From: Polyangiaceae bacterium | Lineage (GTDB): Bacteria > Myxococcota_A > Polyangia > Polyangiales > Polyangiaceae | Assembly: GCA_035063585.1 (NCBI GenBank) | Contig: JAPSGB010000021.1 | Coordinates: 1 to 64,000, forward strand | Direction: 5' to 3' | DNA length: 64,000 nt | In this document: piece by piece, positions 58,611 through 64,000 of the stretch | Numbering within the stretch: position 1 is the first letter of the stretch | How the letters are laid out: the number at the start of each line of letters is the position of its first letter | Position numbers and translations under genes: made by a program | Notes under the pieces: model-generated | The model's database searches: none | The model's input: the letters and a program-made list of their open reading frames with translations, nothing else | Told to the model about the DNA's origin: nothing

Positions 58611-60944
58611 TTACCGTCCGAGCGCCTCGGCGCGGTTCACGATGCGGGGCGTGAGGAAGATGACGAGCTCGCTCCGAGTGTCGCTCGCGCGGCGGCGCTG
58701 GAAGAGCAGCCCGATGAGCGGGATGTCCCCGAAGAACGGGACCTCGTTCAGGTTCCGGCCGGTGTTGCGGGTGAAGATCCCGCCGATGACCGCCGTGTGA
58801 CCGTCCATCACGAGGAGGTCCGTCTCCGCCTCGCGCTTCAAGATGGTCGGATCGCCGCGCGCGGAGGTCTGGTTGAAATCGGGCTCGTCGCGGTTGATCT
58901 TGACGTGCATGCTGATGCTGCCGTCGGCGGTGACGTGCGGCTTCACCAGGAGCTGGAGCTTGGCCTCCTGGAAGGTCGTCTGCACGCCCTGCGCGCTGAT
59001 CTGCGAGAACGGAATCAGAGTTCCTTGAGCGATTCGCGCCTCGCGGTTATCGAGCGTCAAGATCCGCGGGCTCGAAAGGATGCGGAGTAGGCCGCTCGAC
59101 TCGGCCGCGGAGAGGCGCACCGCGAGGTTGATGGTGCTGTCGACGGACCCGAAGGTCAGGCCGAGCGCGCCACCTTGCCCGGTGCCGACCGCCGCGGGCA
59201 GGTTCACCGCGAAGTTCGGGTTCGGCACCGTGTTCGTGAACGGGCTGAGACCAGCGGTCGGCGCCTGGGAGTCGCTCGCGCCACCGACGATGCCGACCGA
59301 GTTCGGAAACGCGAGCCCGGTCGGGTTTCCGGTCGATCCGGCGAAGGTCGCGTCTCCACCCCACTGGATACCGACGTCGTGCAGGTAGCTGCTGGTCGCC
59401 TCGACGATGCGCGCCTCGACCAGCACCTGCGGCGTCTGGGTGTCGAGTGAGCGGGTGAGCTCCTCGATTTGGTTCAGGTTACCCGCCACGTCGCGGACGA
59501 TCATCACGTTGGTGCGCTCGTCCACCGCGATCGAGCCGCGCTCCGACAGCAGATCCCGCGCGCGCTGCTGGATGTCGGACGCCTGCGCGTAGCTCACCGG
59601 GATGAGCCGCGTCTCGAGCGGCGCGAGCTGGAGCTCCTGCTTGCGACGCGCGATGGCCATTTCGCGCTCCTTCTCGAGCTCGTCGAGCGGCGCCACTCGG
59701 ATCATGTTGGCTTGCCGGACCATGCCGAGCTTCTTCGACTGCAGCACGACGTCGAGCGCCTCGTCCCAAGGCACGTTCCGCATGCGGATGGTGACCGAGC
59801 CGGAGACGTTGTCCGCGGTGACGATGTTCACCCGGCCGACGTCCGCCAGCAGCCGGAGGACGTTGTGGACGTCAGCGTCCTTCAGGTCGAGATCGATGCG
59901 GCGGCCCGTATAGCGCCCACGCTGCTGCCCCAGGAGGGTCGGCGTGAAGGCGTCCGCCCGATCGGGGTCCGCCGTCTGCTCCACCGCGGCGTCCTCGTAT
60001 CCGGTGCGGACCGCCGGGATGTCCGATAGCGGCGCGTCCACATGCACGGTTCGCGTTCGGCGCGCGACGCCGCCATCGCTGCCGACCCCGGTCATCGAGG
60101 AGGGGAGGCTCCCCGGACGGTACAGGGACCACACGAGCGTGCTCCCCTGTCGGGACACGCGGCTCGCGATCTTGCCCTCCCCCTCCGCCTCGATGATGAC
60201 CTCGTCCTTCTGCTGAGTGCTCCCGTACGACGAGACGCTCCGGACCGTGCCGCGGAAGGCGCTCACGTCCAAGGTGCGGGTCAGCGCCGGCGGAAGTCGC
60301 GCACCCGAGAGCACCAGCGTCGCGCGCCCGTCCGCGCTGGTCGAGATTCGATGGCGGGTGCTCGAGGAGAGCTCGATATAGACCCGGTCCTCGGCGCCGG
60401 TCCGGTCGAAGCGAACGTCGAGGACGCGCACCGGCCCCTCGGCAGTGGTCGCTCCGCGCTGAGCGCTCGGGCTGGGCGCGCCGTCGCTCGGGCCGGTGCG
60501 CCCCGGGGTGAGGGTGATGACCAGTCGGGTGCCATCGACGCGTACGCCATACTTGGCGTCAGCGAGCAGGTTGACGAGCAGTCGGGTGGTCTTCCCCTGG
60601 GCGGTCTGGAACGTCTGTGCCATCACCCCGCCCACCACACCCTCTCGCTGGGTGAGCGCGCTCGGGGCTCCCTTGAGGTCGGCGCCGGGAATGTCGACCA
60701 TCAAGCGACGGCCGCCTCGGTCGAGTCGGGCGGTGAACACCGGCGCCGCGGTGAAGTCGACGACGACTCGGGTCGAGCCATCTCGGTCGCTCGCCGCGCG
60801 AATGCCGGTGGCGTGGAGGCCCGGCGTGCCCTCGGCGGCCAGAGCCCGACCGGTCACGCCGAGGGCGGTCAGGAGCGCCAGCGCGGAGGCTAGCGCCAAG
60901 TGGCGGGGGCGGGGGCGAGGTACCCGGTGCGAGGTCCGGCTCAT
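58611..60944 (-). CDS. pilQ: Type IV pilus secretin with AMIN domains
   Basis: YTGRRIDLDLKDAD, VPWDEALD, DERTN, QVLVEARIVE, PRILTLDN and GDIPLIGLLF. Confidence 0.95.
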   Translation of the reverse strand: MSRTSHRVPRPRPRHLALASALALLTALGVTGRALAAEGTPGLHATGIRAASDRDGSTRVVVDFTAAPVFTARLDRGGRRLMVDIPGADLKGAPSALTQREGVVGGVMAQTFQTAQGKTTRLLVNLLADAKYGVRVDGTRLVITLTPGRTGPSDGAPSPSAQRGATTAEGPVRVLDVRFDRTGAEDRVYIELSSSTRHRISTSADGRATLVLSGARLPPALTRTLDVSAFRGTVRSVSSYGSTQQKDEVIIEAEGEGKIASRVSRQGSTLVWSLYRPGSLPSSMTGVGSDGGVARRTRTVHVDAPLSDIPAVRTGYEDAAVEQTADPDRADAFTPTLLGQQRGRYTGRRIDLDLKDADVHNVLRLLADVGRVNIVTADNVSGSVTIRMRNVPWDEALDVVLQSKKLGMVRQANMIRVAPLDELEKEREMAIARRKQELQLAPLETRLIPVSYAQASDIQQRARDLLSERGSIAVDERTNVMIVRDVAGNLNQIEELTRSLDTQTPQVLVEARIVEATSSYLHDVGIQWGGDATFAGSTGNPTGLAFPNSVGIVGGASDSQAPTAGLSPFTNTVPNPNFAVNLPAAVGTGQGGALGLTFGSVDSTINLAVRLSAAESSGLLRILSSPRILTLDNREARIAQGTLIPFSQISAQGVQTTFQEAKLQLLVKPHVTADGSISMHVKINRDEPDFNQTSARGDPTILKREAETDLLVMDGHTAVIGGIFTRNTGRNLNEVPFFGDIPLIGLLFQRRRASDTRSELVIFLTPRIVNRAEALGR

Positions 60945-61120
60945 GGTGGCTCCGATCATCGGTCTGTGTGGGAACTCGAGGCTTCCGCGCAGATCCTTCT
61001 GCGATGACAAAGCGTATCCTGTCGAGATCGACGCGAACAAATTACGGGCGCTTCTTCGGGGCGACCGCCCCGCGCTCGAGCGCGAACGTGACGCCCGGCC
61101 GTTCGCTCCTCGGCCGCGGC

Positions 61121-61774
61121 TCAGGGGGTCGCGCCCGGCGCGCCGGCGGTTCCGTCGAGGGTCGCCGGGGCTCCCTCCGCCGTGGAGGCCGCTTCATTGG
61201 CAGGGCGCAGCGGGATCACGCGGGTTGCGGTTGGCACGTCGGGGTTGGCGGGGTCCTCGCGCACCAGCACGATGTCGGTCGGGCGGATGCTGTCGATGCG
61301 CCAGTTCACTTCATAGGAGGCGCTGCTCGCGCCAGGCCCTTGCACGACGTCGGGGCGACCCACGAACTGCCCTCGGCGCACCACGTAGCCCTTGCCGGTC
61401 GGATCGACGAGCATCGCGACGGCTGGGTGCACCCGGGTCACGATGCCGATGAGCTTCAGCTCATCGAGGGAGTACTGCCTCAAGACGACCGGTTTCTCGC
61501 TACCGTGGGACCGGCTCTTGGCCTCGTCGGCGAACGTCGACGCGTAGGAGCGGAACGGATCTCGGCTGCGGTCGTTCTCCGTGAAGTCCGTCTCCTGGAA
61601 GGAGACGGCCGGGGCGCCCCCATCGGTTCCGCCGTCGGTCGCCGCGGCCTTGCGGTCGACGGTCTGAGGGGTCTCGTCGAGGCGCGTCGGCTGAGCGATC
61701 TTCTCCGAGCAGGCGACGGCGAGCGATGCCGTCACCACGGCCGCGAGCGCAGAGGTCATTCGGCGTCCCATCAC
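61121..61774 (-). CDS. pilP: Type IV pilus lipoprotein PilP
   Basis: Lipobox LAVAC; RDPF, YSLDELKLIGIV and DPTGKGY; operon position. Confidence 0.88.
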   Translation of the reverse strand: MMGRRMTSALAAVVTASLAVACSEKIAQPTRLDETPQTVDRKAAATDGGTDGGAPAVSFQETDFTENDRSRDPFRSYASTFADEAKSRSHGSEKPVVLRQYSLDELKLIGIVTRVHPAVAMLVDPTGKGYVVRRGQFVGRPDVVQGPGASSASYEVNWRIDSIRPTDIVLVREDPANPDVPTATRVIPLRPANEAASTAEGAPATLDGTAGAPGATP

Positions 61775-62385
61775 TTGGCCCCTCCCGCGCTGGCGCCGCG
61801 AGCGTCGGTCTTGGATGCGGTCTCGAGCAGACGGAAGGCGGTGGCCAGCACCTCGACCTTGACGTCGATCTCGTCACCGTTCACGGTCGGATCGCTGATG
61901 GAGATGTTCTCCATGTTGATGATTCGGTCGAGCTGCCCGACGTTGTAGAAGAACTTGGCGACCTGGTGGAAGCGGCCGCGGAGCTCGAGCCTCATCGGCA
62001 CTCGCGCGTAGAACTGCTCCGGGACCTCATCCTGCGGTGTCCACGCCGTCAGGCTGACGGCCGCGATGTTGGCGGCGTTCTGGATCGAGCTCAGGAACGC
62101 TGGGTAATCGCTCGAGGTGGGGAGCTTCTTCACCAGCTCCGGCAGGCGCTGCTCGCGGTCGGCGAGCTCGGCGAGATCCTGGTGATAGGCGAACTCGTTC
62201 TTGCGCGCGTCGGTGAGTTCCTGGTGGAGCGAGCGCTCCTGCCCCTGCGCCGCCTTGATCCGACTCGCGATGTCCCCGAAGAAGACCACGTAATAGGCGA
62301 CGCCGATCAAGCCGACGAGGCCGACGATGATCCCGGCCTTCGCGAAGATCGGTAGTCGGGAGAGGCTCGAGTCACCGGCAGCCAT
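61771..62385 (-). CDS. pilO: Type IV pilus protein PilO
   Basis: N-terminal TM, KLP, FYARVP, FHQVAKFF and LDRIIN. Confidence 0.92.
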   Translation of the reverse strand: MAAGDSSLSRLPIFAKAGIIVGLVGLIGVAYYVVFFGDIASRIKAAQGQERSLHQELTDARKNEFAYHQDLAELADREQRLPELVKKLPTSSDYPAFLSSIQNAANIAAVSLTAWTPQDEVPEQFYARVPMRLELRGRFHQVAKFFYNVGQLDRIINMENISISDPTVNGDEIDVKVEVLATAFRLLETASKTDARGASAGGAK

Positions 62386-62386
62386 C

Positions 62387-63025
62387 TCAGTACCTCACCT
62401 TCGCTTCGAGCTGGAAGTTGACCACATCGAGCCCGCTCGCGCTGTCGTGCTGCTTCTTCGCGGGCAAGAGCCTGACGTCGTAGAAATAGCTCGACATCGT
62501 CATACGTTTCGCGAACTCGCTCACGTCTTCTCCGTCGCGAGCTATCCCCTCGAGTCGGACCTGCCGGTTGTCCTCGACGAACTTGGTCAGCCAGAGGCGC
62601 CGCGCGTCCCAACTCGGGTTATAGGCCGCCTGAGGATTCTCACGGCGCACCTTGTTCAGCTCCTCGGGGTCCACCGTCGGGCCGCGGCCGGAGGTGAGCA
62701 GGCGGGACAGCTCGAGCAACATCGCCGTCGGACCGGTGCGAGCGACCTGCAGCTTGTCGATCGCTGCCTCGCGGGAGCGGAGCTCCGCGAGCTGCTCCTT
62801 GACTCGCTGGTGGTCCGACACCGCCGACCTCGACTTGGAGATCTGGGCGTTCAAGGCGTCGTTCTTCTTCTTCTGTTCCGTGAGCTCTTCGCCCTTGATG
62901 CCGTGGAACACGAAGAGCGCGGCGACCTCGGCGATCATCGTGACCAGGAGGACGACCAGCCAGAGCTGGCTGGCTCGGGCAGCCTCGGCGCGCTTCTTTT
63001 GGGGGAGGAGGTTGACGCGAATCAC
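62387..63025 (-). CDS. pilN: Type IV pilus protein PilN
   Basis: MIRVNLLP motif, TM helix, coiled coil and LWLT. Confidence 0.92.
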   Translation of the reverse strand: MIRVNLLPQKKRAEAARASQLWLVVLLVTMIAEVAALFVFHGIKGEELTEQKKKNDALNAQISKSRSAVSDHQRVKEQLAELRSREAAIDKLQVARTGPTAMLLELSRLLTSGRGPTVDPEELNKVRRENPQAAYNPSWDARRLWLTKFVEDNRQVRLEGIARDGEDVSEFAKRMTMSSYFYDVRLLPAKKQHDSASGLDVVNFQLEAKVRY

Positions 63026-63999
63026 GTTCGGCGCTCCTTCTCGTGACGAAGCGCGAGCCCAGACGCCACCGCGAGCTGCGCCACGCGAGCGCGGAGCAAG
63101 TTGGGATCCACGCTGCTGTCGATGCCGAGACGCTCGGTGGACGCCCAGGCCTCGACCGGGACGCGAGCGCGCCGCTCGACGGCCTGGCCGAGCGAGGCGA
63201 GGTTGGCGGTGCCGCCGGTGATGAAGATACGAGAGATCTCGCCCTCCCCGCTGGTCGCCATGAAAAAGTCCAGGCTTCGCTGGATCTCAGCCGCGATCGC
63301 GTCGGTGACGGCCTCGATGACCTGCACCACCTGCTGAGGGACCATGCTCGGCTGGGTTGGGTCGCCGCCACCACCGCACTTGTAGATCTCGGCCTGATCG
63401 AACGGGATCGAGAGCTGCTTCTGGATCTCTTCGGTGATGATGTTGCCGCCGCTCGCGATCTCTCGGGTGAACGAGCTCACTCCGTTGGCGATGATGTTGA
63501 GGGAAGACAGGCTCGCCCCCACGTTGATGAGCGCGATGGTCTGGTCGGGGGGCAGCCCCCGCGAGGCCTCGAACATGTTCTGGATGGTGAAGGCGTCGAT
63601 GTCACACACGATGGGTCGCAGCTTCGCGTCGCGCGCGAGCTGGGCATAGTCATTGATCTGGTCCCGCTTCGCGGCGACGAGCAGCAGATCCATCTGGCTT
63701 ACCTCGGGGCGCCGGCGAAGCACCTGGTAGTCGATTTGCACATCCTTGATGTCGAACGGGATGTGCTGTTCGGCTTCCCACTGGATTTGCTCGGCGAGCT
63801 CCTCGGCCGTCATCATCGGCACGGTGATCTTGCGGATGATGACGCTCTGACCGGAGACGCTCAGCGCGATCTCCTTCTGCTTGATCCGAGCGTCGCGGAA
63901 GACTCGGGCCAAGGCTTCGGTGACGTTGCCGGCGTCCATGATTTGGCCGTCGACGATCGTCTGCGGAGGTAGTGGGAGGAAGCCCAGCCGAAAGAGCGT
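63022..63999 (-). CDS. pilM: Type IV pilus ATPase-like PilM (5' end outside window)
   Basis: SVIIRKI, WEAEQHIPF, LLVAAK, INVGA, EIQRSLDFF, ITGG and GLALR; the frame stays open to the window edge. Confidence 0.93.
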   Translation of the reverse strand, partial: TLFRLGFLPLPPQTIVDGQIMDAGNVTEALARVFRDARIKQKEIALSVSGQSVIIRKITVPMMTAEELAEQIQWEAEQHIPFDIKDVQIDYQVLRRRPEVSQMDLLLVAAKRDQINDYAQLARDAKLRPIVCDIDAFTIQNMFEASRGLPPDQTIALINVGASLSSLNIIANGVSSFTREIASGGNIITEEIQKQLSIPFDQAEIYKCGGGGDPTQPSMVPQQVVQVIEAVTDAIAAEIQRSLDFFMATSGEGEISRIFITGGTANLASLGQAVERRARVPVEAWASTERLGIDSSVDPNLLRARVAQLAVASGLALRHEKERRT

Positions 64000-64000
64000 G

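Overview
Very GC-rich, densely coding chromosomal window with about 50 genes and one tRNA-Ser(GCT). It is most likely from a myxobacterium (Myxococcota, Polyangia-like); this is inferred from a MYXO-CTERM protease, many Cys-rich lipoproteins, a giant metzincin lipoprotein, FHA/Ser-Thr kinase signalling and pilMNOPQ. Housekeeping genes (glyQ, panE, orn, yhbY, ruvC, lolA, ogt, yaeQ, cheB, pilM-Q) are interspersed with poorly characterised genes. I saw no CRISPR array, integrase, transposase or prophage. The best candidate for an undescribed system is a tightly coupled operon, FHA-GGDEF cyclase > class III aminotransferase > LuxE-like > LuxC-like. It lacks luxA/B/D, is flanked by a FAAH-like amidase and YceI, and could be a fatty-amine pathway. 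Other highlights: (1) TAnnnT boxes 6-9 nt before at least 13 start codons, suggesting pervasive leaderless mRNAs; (2) a recurring intergenic 14-mer; (3) a hydrazine-synthase-alpha-like protein with atypical heme motifs; (4) a triple-receiver adenylate cyclase operon with an orphan cheB; (5) a cAMP-binding Ser/Thr kinase; (6) a kinase-dead vertebrate-type NAGS; (7) a DTW/degenerate-exonuclease fusion. All family calls come from motif recognition by eye; no searches were run. Start codons are my best estimates.
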